Source: an uncultured Rivularia sp. (GTDB taxonomy: Bacteria > Cyanobacteriota > Cyanobacteriia > Cyanobacteriales > Nostocaceae). From it: 64,000 nt of DNA. Shown piece by piece: positions 9,644 to 20,417 of this stretch. Both the position numbers and the translations under genes were made by a program. Where the stretch lies: positions 7,200,001 through 7,264,000 of the forward strand of contig OY762007.1 in the NCBI GenBank assembly GCA_963665115.1. The letters are read 5' to 3'. The notes beneath the pieces are model-generated. The model had not been told where the DNA came from, did no database searches, and saw only the letters and a list, made by a program, of their open reading frames with translations. How positions within the stretch are numbered: the first letter of the stretch is position 1; every line of letters starts with the position of its first letter.

Positions 9644-11036
9644 ATGACATTGCCTAATACTTTTAAAACTCCCTCCTTTCTACAAAAGGTGCAGTGGGTA
9701 GCCGATCCTGTCGCATATATGGAAAAAGCGGCTCGGCAATATCCTGATATTTATACAGCGGAAGTGGTTGGTTTTGGTAATACTTTGGTATTCGTGAATC
9801 ATCCCGAAGGAATAGAAAAAGTTTTTAGCAATGACACAAAAGAATTTGTCGCGATAGGAGAAACCAATAAGACATTTGAGCCGATAATTGGGGAATATGG
9901 ATTGGTGATATTAGATGGCGATCGCCACAAACGACAGCGAAAGTTGATGATGCCATCTTTTCACGGTAAGCGGATGCATTCCTATGCAGAATTGATGTGT
10001 CATCATAGCGAAAAAGTTTTTGCTAACTTACCTATTAACGAAACATTTTCGGCTAGTGAAGCAACTTTAGATATTTCTTTGGAAGTTATTTTGGGTGCTG
10101 TATTCGGTTTATCGGAAGGGGAACGTTATCAGCAAATTAAAAATAAACTGCTTTCAATGTTGCATATTGTTTCTTCACCTTTGACTGCTAGTTTCCTACT
10201 TTTCCCCGCTTTACAAAAAGATTTAGGGGCTTGGAGTCTTTGGGGTAAGTTTGTCCGTTTGCGAAAGCAGCTTGATGACTTAATTTATGCCGAAATCGCC
10301 GAACGTCGCAATCATCGCGATGCAGATAGGGTTGATGTTCTTTCCATGTTGATGGAAGCGATAGATGAAGAAGGGCAGGCGATGACAGATAAGGAGTTGC
10401 GAGATGAGTTGATAACTATGTTGCTCGCAGGGACATGAAACCTCGGCAACCGCTATGGCTTGGTCATTATATTGGGTTCACCATACACCGCACGTGAAGG
10501 AAAAACTGCTCGCAGAAATCGATAACTTGGGTGAAAATCCAGATCCAATGGAAGTATTTCGACTTCCTTATTTAACTGCTGTATGTAACGAAACTTTACG
10601 GATTTGTCCGGTATCTATGACCACGTTTCCGAGAGTAGTTAAAGAACCTGTGGAATTGTTGGGACATAATTTAGAACCGGGCACAGTAATAGTAGGAAGT
10701 CTTTACAATTTGCATCGTCGGGAAGACTTGTATCCTCAGTCCAACAAATTTAGACCAGAACGTTTTTCAGAAAGACAATATTCACAATACGAACTTTTCT
10801 CTTTTGGTGGAGGTGCGCGGAGGTGTGTTGGAGAAGCTTTTGCGATGTTTGAAATGAAGTTAGTTTTAACAACAATACTTTCAAAATATCAACTGGAATT
10901 AGCAGATAACAAACCAGAAAAGCTTCAGCGTCATGGTGCATTTAATCTTGCGCCAGCCAACGGAGTCAAAATGTCAATTACAGGAATGCGCCCTCAGCCT
11001 CAATTAGCTGTAGCTATGGCTAGTGAAATAAATTAA
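9644..11036 (+). CDS. Cytochrome P450 (CYP110-like), split by +1 frameshift near 10431
   Basis: Removing one G restores the I-helix AGHETS; ETLR, FRPERF and FGGGARRCVG heme motif present. Confidence 0.9.
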
Positions 11037-11114
11037 TTTGTAGTTTGTAGGTTGGGTTAGACGCACGAATAATATTATTGTTAACGAAGAAGTTTGATGC
11101 GTCGTAACCCAACA

Positions 11115-11396
11115 TTACTTAGTCTTACGATTTCTATACCAATATATACCGCAACCTGATATAATCGCCCCAACAATCCCAGTTAGACTGCGAAGTGTTT
11201 CGTTATCTACCCTATATATATATTTGATTAACTCTTCAATAGCTATCCCGAGAAAAGTCCCTAAAAAGAACCAAAAAACTAGTGGTAGGAAATCTGCTGT
11301 TGACCAATAATTGTTCTTCTGAGCTGAAAGACCGACCGCAATTGCTATAGGTAAAGCAGTTAGCATCGTAATTACAAATGATAAAGGGTCTAGCAT
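11115..11396 (-). CDS. Small 3-TM membrane protein, paralog A
   Basis: 93 aa, hydrophobic; about two-thirds identical to 11647..11937. Confidence 0.8.
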   Translation of the reverse strand: MLDPLSFVITMLTALPIAIAVGLSAQKNNYWSTADFLPLVFWFFLGTFLGIAIEELIKYIYRVDNETLRSLTGIVGAIISGCGIYWYRNRKTK

Positions 11397-11646
11397 AATT
11401 CCACGCTCCGTAATTCTTTTGTTAAAGAATGGTGAACTTGAATATTACATAAAAGTTTTTCCACACGAATCAGCCATTAGTACTATCAACTGCAATCAAT
11501 TATTAGCAATATTTATGTTGATAATTGATTAATATTTATAGTTTGTAGTTTGTAGTTTGTAGTTTATAAGTTTGTAGGTTGGGTTAGACGCACGAATGAT
11601 TTATTGTTAACGAAGAAATTTGATGCGTCGTAAACCAACATTTAAA

Positions 11647-11937
11647 TTACTTGCTCTGCTTCGGCGTGCGAGTTCTATACCAATATATGCCGCAACCCGA
11701 TACGACTGGACCAACGAGGTAAACCAACTTAAGAAGTATTTCACTATCTACTCTAAATATATATTTGATTAACTCTTTTGCAGCTATCCCGATAAAAGTT
11801 CCTAATAGTGTCCAGAATACTAGTGGTAGGAAATCTGCTGTTGACCAATAACTGTTTTTCTTAGCTGAAAAACCAATTCCAAGTCCTATAGGTAAAGCAG
11901 CTAACGTCGTAATTACATATGATAAAAAATCTGACAT
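11647..11937 (-). CDS. Small 3-TM membrane protein, paralog B
   Basis: 96 aa; shares YWSTADFLPLVFW and SGCGIYWYR with paralog A. Confidence 0.8.
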   Translation of the reverse strand: MSDFLSYVITTLAALPIGLGIGFSAKKNSYWSTADFLPLVFWTLLGTFIGIAAKELIKYIFRVDSEILLKLVYLVGPVVSGCGIYWYRTRTPKQSK

Positions 11938-12164
11938 AATTTCACGCTCCGTAATTCTTTTGTTAAAGAATGGTGAACTTGAATATTACATAAAAGTTTT
12001 TCCACGCGAATCAGCCATTAGTACTATCAACTCCAATCAATCATTAGCAATATTTAGGTTGATAATTGATTAATATTTATAGTTTGTAGGTTGGGTTAGA
12101 CGCACGAATGATTTATTGTTTACCAAGAAGTTTGATGCGTCGTAACCCAACATTTACTTTGTTA

Positions 12165-12614
12165 TCATTCTAAGGAAGCTGAATACTCTGCAAAAACCTC
12201 TTCCCCAGTCATATTTTTAGTTTTATTTGCAAAGCTGTAAAAAGACGGTTTCTCATCAATAAAAATTTGTAATTCGAGAGCAAAATTTTCCTCGTCATCG
12301 AGCAAGCCAGCAGGAAGTGCATAATAATTTGCTTCTTTTAAACGGTAGAAAAGATGGGTTCCACACTTACTACAAAATCCACGCTCTGCCCATTCAGAAG
12401 AACTGAAGACAGATATATTTTCATTACCTTCAAAATTCACATCTTGACCGCATTGAATCGCAAGTAAAGGGCCACCCGTCCATTTTCGACACATATTGCA
12501 GTGACAAGCGTCTACATTATTGCTTTTCGTCTTAACTGAAACCTTTACTGCACCACAGAGACAGCTTCCTTGTTTTTCAAGTTCGTTTGCCATAACTTTC
12601 TCCTCAGACTGCAT
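12165..12614 (-). CDS. GFA/CENP-V family protein
   Basis: GSCLCGAV, CHCNMCRK and RGFCSKCGT cysteine motifs. Confidence 0.92.
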   Translation of the reverse strand: MQSEEKVMANELEKQGSCLCGAVKVSVKTKSNNVDACHCNMCRKWTGGPLLAIQCGQDVNFEGNENISVFSSSEWAERGFCSKCGTHLFYRLKEANYYALPAGLLDDEENFALELQIFIDEKPSFYSFANKTKNMTGEEVFAEYSASLE

Positions 12615-12703
12615 AACTAGATTATTATGAAAAGCCAGTAGATTGAACTAAAGGTTTATGAATAATTATTATGGTTAAGAAAAAATGACATAGTGTAAAT
12701 CAA

Positions 12704-13429
12704 TTATTCAAACTTTGATATTCTTTCACCGTGAGAAACGTAAACACCATATCCATCCACAAATTGAATCGCGGGTTTATCTTCGCCGTGTAATTTATGT
12801 TGGTTATCAAAAGTAAGTATAGAAGGGCGATCGCACACTACACAAAGTTCTTGATAAGAAGCTATCCATCCACAGTTTTTGACAATTTCTTGAAAAGTTT
12901 GCCAGATTTCAGAATCTTCATCACATTTTAATTCAAAAACAGAAAAATCTAATCTAGCCATTTCACTACAGACAGTATCTGGTTGACGAGTACCTTCTTC
13001 AAATTCTTCAGGAATCATAAAAAAAGATGGCTCGTCTGATTCACAATCGAGTTCCTCTAAGTCTTCTCTTACTATTTCATGAATATCACAAGTTTGCAGC
13101 CATAATTGATAGTCATCTTTATCTTTTAATGAAACAGTAGAATTTAAATATTTTACTAGCTTTTCCCAAAACCTATCAATCATATCGCTATAATCAAGTT
13201 GCAAACAACCTATTTCATGACACAATTTATCAAGGGCTACAACAGCAGCATAAGGGCTATCAAAAAAGAATATTTGTGGTTGTGGTTCGTCAATTAATGT
13301 ATATGCTGTTTTAATTGCTGCTTCTGCTTTCTCACGGTTAATTGGCTCGGTTGAAAGAGCAATTTTTCGCCATTTTTCTAAATAATTTAAAAATAAAGTT
13401 TCTTGTTGTGGAGTTAGTTCTTCAGTCAT
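12704..13429 (-). CDS. DUF6745-like protein
   Basis: ELTPQQE...KWRKIALSTEPINREKAE N-terminus and VVCDRP...LHGEDKPAIQFVDGY C-terminus. Confidence 0.7.
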   Translation of the reverse strand: MTEELTPQQETLFLNYLEKWRKIALSTEPINREKAEAAIKTAYTLIDEPQPQIFFFDSPYAAVVALDKLCHEIGCLQLDYSDMIDRFWEKLVKYLNSTVSLKDKDDYQLWLQTCDIHEIVREDLEELDCESDEPSFFMIPEEFEEGTRQPDTVCSEMARLDFSVFELKCDEDSEIWQTFQEIVKNCGWIASYQELCVVCDRPSILTFDNQHKLHGEDKPAIQFVDGYGVYVSHGERISKFE

Positions 13430-13582
13430 AGGGACTTACGCAAAAGCAACGTAACTGCGTCATTACGAGCGACAGCGACGTATATGTCCTATCGGACACG
13501 CTCCGCTAACGCAAAAACCCTGCGATTGCTTCCCTACACTGCGTTCCGATCGCAATGACAAATCTCCATAGCGTAAGTCCTG
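13430..13582. mobile_element. 153-bp MITE with 6-bp target duplication
   Basis: Termini agggacttacgc / gcgtaagtcctg; agtcat flanks both sides (13424-13429, 13583-13588). Confidence 0.75.
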
Positions 13583-13734
13583 AGTCATTTTAAACAAATT
13601 TATATTAAGCTTTGGTTTTATATAAAATTATAATTAGTAGCGACTGTCTTGAATGTCAACCGCGACGGCGCAACTGGGGAACCGCTACGCTGCGGAAGGC
13701 GGTACCAGGTAGGGGCATAACAGCAAATAATCGT

Positions 13735-13824
13735 GTTCAGGGACAAGACGTTTTAGCAGTATTACCAGAAATTGAATTAACCCTTACTCCCAATCGAGTT
13801 TTTGGATGGTTAAAGATAAGTTAG
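13735..13824 (+). pseudogene. C-terminal remnant resembling a Uma2 endonuclease tail
   Basis: GQDVLAVLPEIELTLTPNRVFGWLK resembles Uma2 C-termini; upstream sequence is unrelated. Confidence 0.45.
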
Positions 13825-14014
13825 TGAAATAACCCACGGAGGTGGGTTTTGCTTGTGTAGCCGCGATTTCCAATCGCCAAGGATTAAAAAAAATTATAAT
13901 TTTAAACCTATTTATTAGACATTAAAAATGTTGCGTTACGGCAATTTCACATTTATTATGTATTATTGTAAACTCACGTAGCCGTAACACACCCTACAAA
14001 TAAAATACAACTAA

Positions 14015-14257
14015 TCAATCAAAATTACGTCGAAATCTACGATCAATTTTATCGGTCTTTTTACGATTGCAACTAAAGCATAAAGTTTGTAAGTTGCTGA
14101 TATCGTTGGAACCACCACGAGCTAAAGGGATAATATGGTCAATTGTTAAATCGGTTTCACCATGTTGTTTACCACAGCTTTGACATTGGTATTTATTCCG
14201 TTCAAATACATATTTTCTCACTGCTGAAGGAATGGGAATACGCGGTGTTTTGCTCAT
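14015..14257 (-). CDS. Stand-alone HNH endonuclease
   Basis: CQSCG, TIDHIIPLARGGSNDISNLQTLCFSCN. Confidence 0.92.
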   Translation of the reverse strand: MSKTPRIPIPSAVRKYVFERNKYQCQSCGKQHGETDLTIDHIIPLARGGSNDISNLQTLCFSCNRKKTDKIDRRFRRNFD

Positions 14258-14690
14258 AGAAGTTTTTAAAAGAGATTGTTTCTATATTATCTTGTGTAAA
14301 TGTTTCTTCAGCTTCTTGTTCTTGAAGAGAGAAATCTAGCAAAACTTTTAAATCAATATATTCTTGATTATAATTTCCTTGACTTGAAAAGTCTAAAATA
14401 ATTTTGATTTGTAATTCATCTAATCGTCTAATTTGATCGAAGGCAATCAATTCACATTGAATATCTTCTTTTAACCAAAATTTCCATTCGATGCGGTTAT
14501 ATATTCCTTGGTTGTTTACTTCTCTGAAATATTTTTTAATCAATTTATTTTTGCAGCAAAAATTTAAATTGCCCTTTCTTGGTTTAAAATCCTTAACAAT
14601 ACTCTCTTTAATTTGATTTGTGTTAAAAACGATTTTGTTTAGAACAATAAATTCGTTCTCTTCCGTAAAAGACTCAAAATTACAATGCAT
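14202..14690 (-). CDS. Divergent KGK-like protein
   Basis: WLKEDIQCELI and IKIILDF patterns parallel KGK domains; lies in an operon-like position overlapping the HNH gene. Confidence 0.5.
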   Translation of the reverse strand: MHCNFESFTEENEFIVLNKIVFNTNQIKESIVKDFKPRKGNLNFCCKNKLIKKYFREVNNQGIYNRIEWKFWLKEDIQCELIAFDQIRRLDELQIKIILDFSSQGNYNQEYIDLKVLLDFSLQEQEAEETFTQDNIETISFKNFYEQNTAYSHSFSSEKICI

Positions 14691-14905
14691 ACTTATGATT
14701 TAGCTTTATATTCAAGATAGTTAATTTTTGAGAAGCCAATTCGATCGCACAGTAAAATTTTTATGCGTGAAAATAGGTGACGATGATATAGATTTCATCT
14801 TAATCGCGTAAATGAAACCTTTATGATTATTATGTCCGCTTATTTACCTGACAAACATTAAATATTACAAGACGGAAATTATATTTAATAAAACTATTTC
14901 AAATG

Positions 14906-15346
14906 TTATGCAGCATACATCATGTCGTCAAAAGACAATTTAGGCTGTTGAACTTGATGTTCTTCAGATAAGAATTCTAAGTTAAACTCAATTTTAGCTA
15001 TTTTGCTAGAATCTTTCTCATTGGGAAAGAAATCTATAGATGACTGAGTTCTGATCTTTCCTTTCTGCCAGCTTGTAGCACCAAGTCTAAGAATCTCGCA
15101 ATGATTCCCTTCTTCTGAGGAAGATAAGGTGACGCTGATATTGCAATAGCTAAAAGATGTATTGATTAATTCATATATTCTTTCTTTGCTGTTACAACCA
15201 TCATTTTCTTTTGTGAGAAGATAGTTCACCTTCTGCCACAACTCATTTTCTAACTGTTGCTTAAATTGACTAAATTTAACCAGACTGCCGTTGTATGACA
15301 AAACATCGTCATCGTTGCAACTCAAAGATTTGAATTTACTTTCCAT
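14906..15346 (-). CDS. KGK domain protein
   Basis: DDDVLS and EGNHCEILRLGATSWQKGKIR motif. Confidence 0.88.
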   Translation of the reverse strand: MESKFKSLSCNDDDVLSYNGSLVKFSQFKQQLENELWQKVNYLLTKENDGCNSKERIYELINTSFSYCNISVTLSSSEEGNHCEILRLGATSWQKGKIRTQSSIDFFPNEKDSSKIAKIEFNLEFLSEEHQVQQPKLSFDDMMYAA

Positions 15347-15429
15347 ATTCGCTTACATCATGTACTACAATTTCCAATTAAGTTACCAATCTTTTTACAG
15401 TTTCTCTGTTACCAAGACAACATCAATTG

Positions 15430-17938
15430 TTAAACTTCTATAGTTTCAGCTACACCGTTATTTTCAAACGATGCACTATCAACTATTTCTGCCTCCGGTG
15501 ACTCGATTACGGGTAATAAATAATCGTACAATTGCATTGCTTCTAAGCAACCGTTAATGGCAGACACGGATTGATTGAAACTAGCAATTTTATCTTTCGC
15601 TGCATCCAATCGTCGCTTGTTATCAGCAACTTTCTCTTGCGCTTCTTTTACTAAAGTTTTCTCTAAATAAGCACGCGCTTGAGGATACTGCTGCAAAATT
15701 TCGTCACTTTTGATATCCGCCATTGGTAAAAGCTGAGTTTTAAAGCTTTGATTAATGGTTTGTCGGAATGTGATGCGAATTGTTCTGCTAACTTTGGGTT
15801 CAAAATCTAACTTTAACAGTTGTTTAATTGCAGGTTTCAGCTTCTACCATACTTTCACAATCAAAAGTTTGAGAAGTTTGCTGCAATGTCTGGCGAAACT
15901 GATAAATTGAAAAAGTACCTTCATCATAAAATCTAGGACTTTCTCTAACAAATCTGTCGCACTCTACCCGCGCGGCATTTTGTAAAGCTAGAGAAATCTG
16001 CTTTTCTAACTTACCTAATTCTTGTTCTAAACCTCCATCATTGCCAAGCAAACGGTACAATTGTTTATAATATTCAGCCTTACGAATTCTGTCATTCAAC
16101 CTTTGAAAGAAATTGGCAACAATTTTCTCAGAATATTCTACTAAAATATCTTCCAATTGATTCGCAAGATAGTAAAGTGCCTCTACCAAAATGGCAATTA
16201 AAGGTGCTGTTGCGTTGCGAGGATGACTTAATGTCGCACGTTTATAGGTGTCGGCAACAGAAAAAGTATCTAGTAATTCATCCAAACGGTGAATCATTCT
16301 GGCGCGTAATTGATTAAAATCCGCTTCAAATTTATCGCAAGCATTAGTCACAACTTGGTTAACTTCTTCTGCAATATGCTCGCGAAATTCGTTTCCTACT
16401 TGCTGCAATTGCTGATTGAGACGTTGCAATTCTTGGGCTTTCATAGCCTCAATTTCTTGCGGTTGGCTATCTAATTCGCGCCGTATTTCTTGATAATATT
16501 TCTTAATTGGAATACAAATATCTTCTAAATCGTCAGCCAAATGTTTAAATAACTCGGGACGTTTTTCTTGAGTAAGATAGCGAGTAATTGCTGCTTTAAA
16601 TTTCTCAACACCGCTATCTTCAATTAGTTGATTAACTAATAAGGTTCCTTGTTCTGATAGAATTCTGACATAATTCTGATTCTGACTTTCAAAATTATTT
16701 ACAGAAATCCGAAATTTATCAGCAGGTAGTTTACCAGAAGCAGTACAGTAACGTAGAAATTCGTAAACAAATTGTGGCGTATTTTCTTGTGATTCTTTCT
16801 TATAATTTATGTTATCACTTATTCTGTCGGTAATTTCAGCACTGGTTTTATCAATTACTTGATGAATATCGGCAAATACAGTATCTAAACCAAACCTATC
16901 TTTCTGACTAGTTTGTTTAATTTGACTGCCATAAAATCCCAACAATCCACTGGTTTTAAAAACCCTACTGCCATACTGAAACTGAGTACCAATTAAATTA
17001 TTCAGCCTTTGCTTCAAATCGTTATTGTACCAACTTTCATCAATTCGATTAAAAACGTAAAAAACTCTATCCCTAATTCCTGGATTATCCCTTATTACTT
17101 CTAAAAGTTGAGTTTCAGCCTTTGTCATATCACCCATCGAAGCAGGTTTTAAGACACATACCACCGCAGAAGTATCGGGATGCTGAATTTTTTCATAAGT
17201 CAACCGGGCATCTTTTTCTACAGGCGCATCAATACCAGGAGTATCAATAATTACGTTACCATCTTGTAAAAGTCGATGGTTGCAATAATATTCAATTCGC
17301 TTTAAAACCGCGCTATTACTTCCCCGACGCGCATATCCCGCAGCTTCCTTAAGGTTATTAAAATTAAACTCTTCCATCGAGTAAGTAGCATTATTTATCG
17401 TATGAATGTGCTGACGATTTGCTACATATCCCGACAATAATAAAATTAACGCTTGAGCCTGTTTCGCACGTTCGGATTTACTTTCACCACCCTCTTGCCC
17501 GATGATAGCTTCACATCCTTGACGCAATAATTCAATTGCATCATCTCGATTAATATTCTCAACCTTGTGCAATCCTAACTGCTCGCATAAAGAAAATACC
17601 TGTTCTCTAACTTCTTGCTCGCTCAAAAAGGTGAGAACAACCTTTTCATTATCGGGATGTGCATACTCTATTTTGCATTCCGTACCCGTAGCGTGTCCTT
17701 CTGCACTATAGAGCAATTCCCTCTCCAGAAGCGCATTAATCAGCATTGATTTACCCGCACTAAAGGCACCGGCAAATACAATTTCAAACTTTGGAGAGAT
17801 TGCTTTCCTCAGCGAAGTTTGCACTGGGGTAAGATCGTAAGCAGCCAAAGACGGTTCTTGCTGTAAAAATCGCGTTAGAGAATCTACTTGTTCCTTTAGA
17901 TTTTGGCATTGAGGCAGCAGTTCTGCCATATGTAGCAT
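15430..17938 (-). CDS. Dynamin-like GTPase (SynDLP/KGK-clade type), split by +1 frameshift near 15835
   Basis: GAFSAGKS, DTPG and NRID motifs; removing one A gives EAEPAIKQL continuing into ORF 15430..15723. Confidence 0.88.
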
Positions 17939-18284
17939 CCCGATAAAATAAAATAGAAACTTTGCGTATATTCTAAAAATGTTTTTTTCTATACGCTTCC
18001 GTAATCTTACCGATTATCTTTCTCATTTATAAGGATACTTTATTTTCTATCCATAATTCTACTTTGCAATTCAGCGTAAGCATAAAACGGAATTAAAATT
18101 AATCAAATTATCAAGATAAATCGAAAATAAGGGGTTAAACCCCTCCGAGCTTAAACATACTAAAACTACCAAGTATGAATACGCTTAGATATTGCATCAT
18201 TCTCAACAACAGCATTAGAATGAATTCTCAGCACAACAAGTACGGTTATGGACATTTTTTTTATCTAAGTTATAAAAATAAGTT

Positions 18285-18695
18285 ATGAAAATTTTTCCTA
18301 TTAGACTTGAATCCAATGCAGATTTAAGAAAGAGTTTAAAAAGCTTTGCAGTTGAAAAAAATATTCAAGCAGGATTTATATTAACTGCGGTTGGTAGTTT
18401 AAAACAAGCAACAATCCGCTTCGCCGATCGAGACAATACTACAGTCTTAACCGAAAAATTTGAAATACTTTCTCTTAACGGAACTTTAGCTACTACAGGG
18501 ATGCATCTTCACATGGCGATCGCCGACAGTAATGGTAAAGTTATTGGCGGACACCTCAGTGATGGTTGCATTATTTACACTACCGCTGAAATCGCGATCG
18601 GGATTGCTGAAAATTTCAGTTTTCATCGAAGCTTTGACGAACAAACCGGATTTAACGAGCTTGAAGTTATATCGTTAATTTCAACGAGTTTGTAG
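18285..18695 (+). CDS. PPC domain (DUF296) protein
   Basis: AVGSL, FEILSLNGT, HLHMAIAD and GGHL motifs. Confidence 0.9.
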   Translation: MKIFPIRLESNADLRKSLKSFAVEKNIQAGFILTAVGSLKQATIRFADRDNTTVLTEKFEILSLNGTLATTGMHLHMAIADSNGKVIGGHLSDGCIIYTTAEIAIGIAENFSFHRSFDEQTGFNELEVISLISTSL

Positions 18696-18767
18696 TAGCG
18701 CCGTCTAGCGGAATTCGGAGGGGCTAAAGCCCCAACTACGAACCATAGGGAATAGTAATCGATTTTA

Positions 18768-18962
18768 TTATATTTTTCTTTCTATTTGAGCATCTTTCAA
18801 TCCGTTAAAAGTAGCTACCACACTATGAGTTTCGACTTGGGTAATCGGTGCGGGTTTCATTTCCCCTCGAAAGTCTAGAATTTGTACTAATACAAGATAA
18901 GCAACAGCTAAAAGTATAGAAAATACACCCGTGATAATCGCAACAATTTTTCCTCTATCCAT
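18768..18962 (-). CDS. Small conserved single-TM protein
   Basis: MDRGKIVAIITG...LVQILDFRGEMKPAP. Confidence 0.65.
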   Translation of the reverse strand: MDRGKIVAIITGVFSILLAVAYLVLVQILDFRGEMKPAPITQVETHSVVATFNGLKDAQIERKI

Positions 18963-19016
18963 GAGTTTTCCCTCTTTTTAGAGATATTTCACCATTGCCA
19001 TAATAATCGATAGAAT

Positions 19017-20013
19017 TTAACTATTGAATTTTGAGGTGCGGGGATTGATTTTAGAATCTAAATATGCTTTTAAAAGTAATACGCGACTAGCAAATTGTTC
19101 GCAAAGCCGAAATCCACAAATATCCTGAACTAATTTGTACATTGGTTTTCTGGTTTTATGCTTGAAATCAGGACATAAAGCTAAGGATTTTTGTGAAAGT
19201 CGTAAGTATTCCGGATAGTCTATATACATATAATCTCTGGCTAACTCAAAGTAGCCATGTGCTAAAGCACGACGATAATTAATTGGAATCTTCTGCTGAT
19301 ATCGTTTTAATAATTTTTTTTCTACTTTTTGTAGAACTTTGCAATGATTTTCTACCCAACGCTCTTTTGAAGCAGTTGATACTGTAACGTTGCCGTATCT
19401 TCTATATATTGAATAACAACCGGGTTGATAAACAACTTTTGCACCAGCCATGATGGTTGAAATGAAAAAATCTCTATCTTGTGCAGCCGAGAAATTTTCA
19501 TCCCATCCACCGCTTTTCTCTACAGCCGTTCTTCGATAAAATAAGGATGCAACAGCAGTCCCACCAATTTTCGATTAAAGATTGCAGAATATCTGCTTGT
19601 TTTCCAGGCTTTTCTACCTGTTCTAAGAATACTACTCCATTAGATTGATGTCCTTGAAATCGCCAATCACCGTAAACGGTATCTGCTCCTGTTTCTTCTA
19701 AAAAATTGATTTGTCTTTCTATTTTCTCTGGCAAGATTAAATCATCTGCATCTAAAAATTGAATATATTCTCCTTTGGATAAAGCAAAACCTCTATTCCT
19801 CGCGTAGCATCCACCTTTATTTTCTGAAAGGCATTCCCAAGTAATTTTATCTCCATAGCTTTTAATAATTTCCATAGAGTTATCTGTCGAAAAATCATCA
19901 ATTACAATGATTTCGATATGAGGATAAGTTTGTTTTAAACAGCTATCAATAGTCTCTGCTATCCATCTTTCGGTGTTAAAACAAGGAATAATTATGGAAA
20001 CTAGTTTTTGCAT
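19017..20013 (-). CDS. Family 2 glycosyltransferase, split by +1 frameshift near 19561
   Basis: VSIIIPCFN, VIDD and FLDADD motifs; removing one G gives NWWTAVASLFYRR and joins ORF 19017..19451. Confidence 0.85.
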
Positions 20014-20417
20014 TTTATGTACCTATTTTTTTCATTTATAATTTTTTTAAATTGATATTTATGGCTTTTGATAACTGAGATAATTCTAGATTTAGCGAAA
20101 AGCTCTTTTTTAAGCTCTTAGTTTTAAATAGGTCGTTTTTCCTACAACCATAAATCCAAAATCGGTTGACCTTTTATACTAAATGTCTCTTCAAAGACGA
20201 TGATTACTGAATATACAAAGAGAATTATGGAGATAAAAGGTTGTTATTTAGCATAAAAACTACGGCTATAACCATGTTGATATCATAATATGGATGTCTG
20301 TAAAAATCAGGTTTTTTAAGTAAGTAGATGCATTTAAAAGGTATAATCAAAGCAGTTAACAAATGTTATCTGAAAATTAGCAAGTAATAAGCAGTAAAAA
20401 AAGCGTTGTTAATAAAT

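Larger units (their letters stand above)
11047..12152. repeat. Three ~67-bp GTAG REP-like palindromes (11047-11114, 11574-11640, 12086-12152) bounding a tandem duplication
   Basis: gtaggttgggttagacgcacga...gcgtcgtaacccaaca; a fourth copy lies near 33870-33937. Confidence 0.9.

Noticed and set aside
11047..12152. CRISPR array or true integron
   Set aside because: The repeats are ~67 bp with ~450-bp gene-containing spacers. No cas genes, integrase or clear attC R-boxes were seen.
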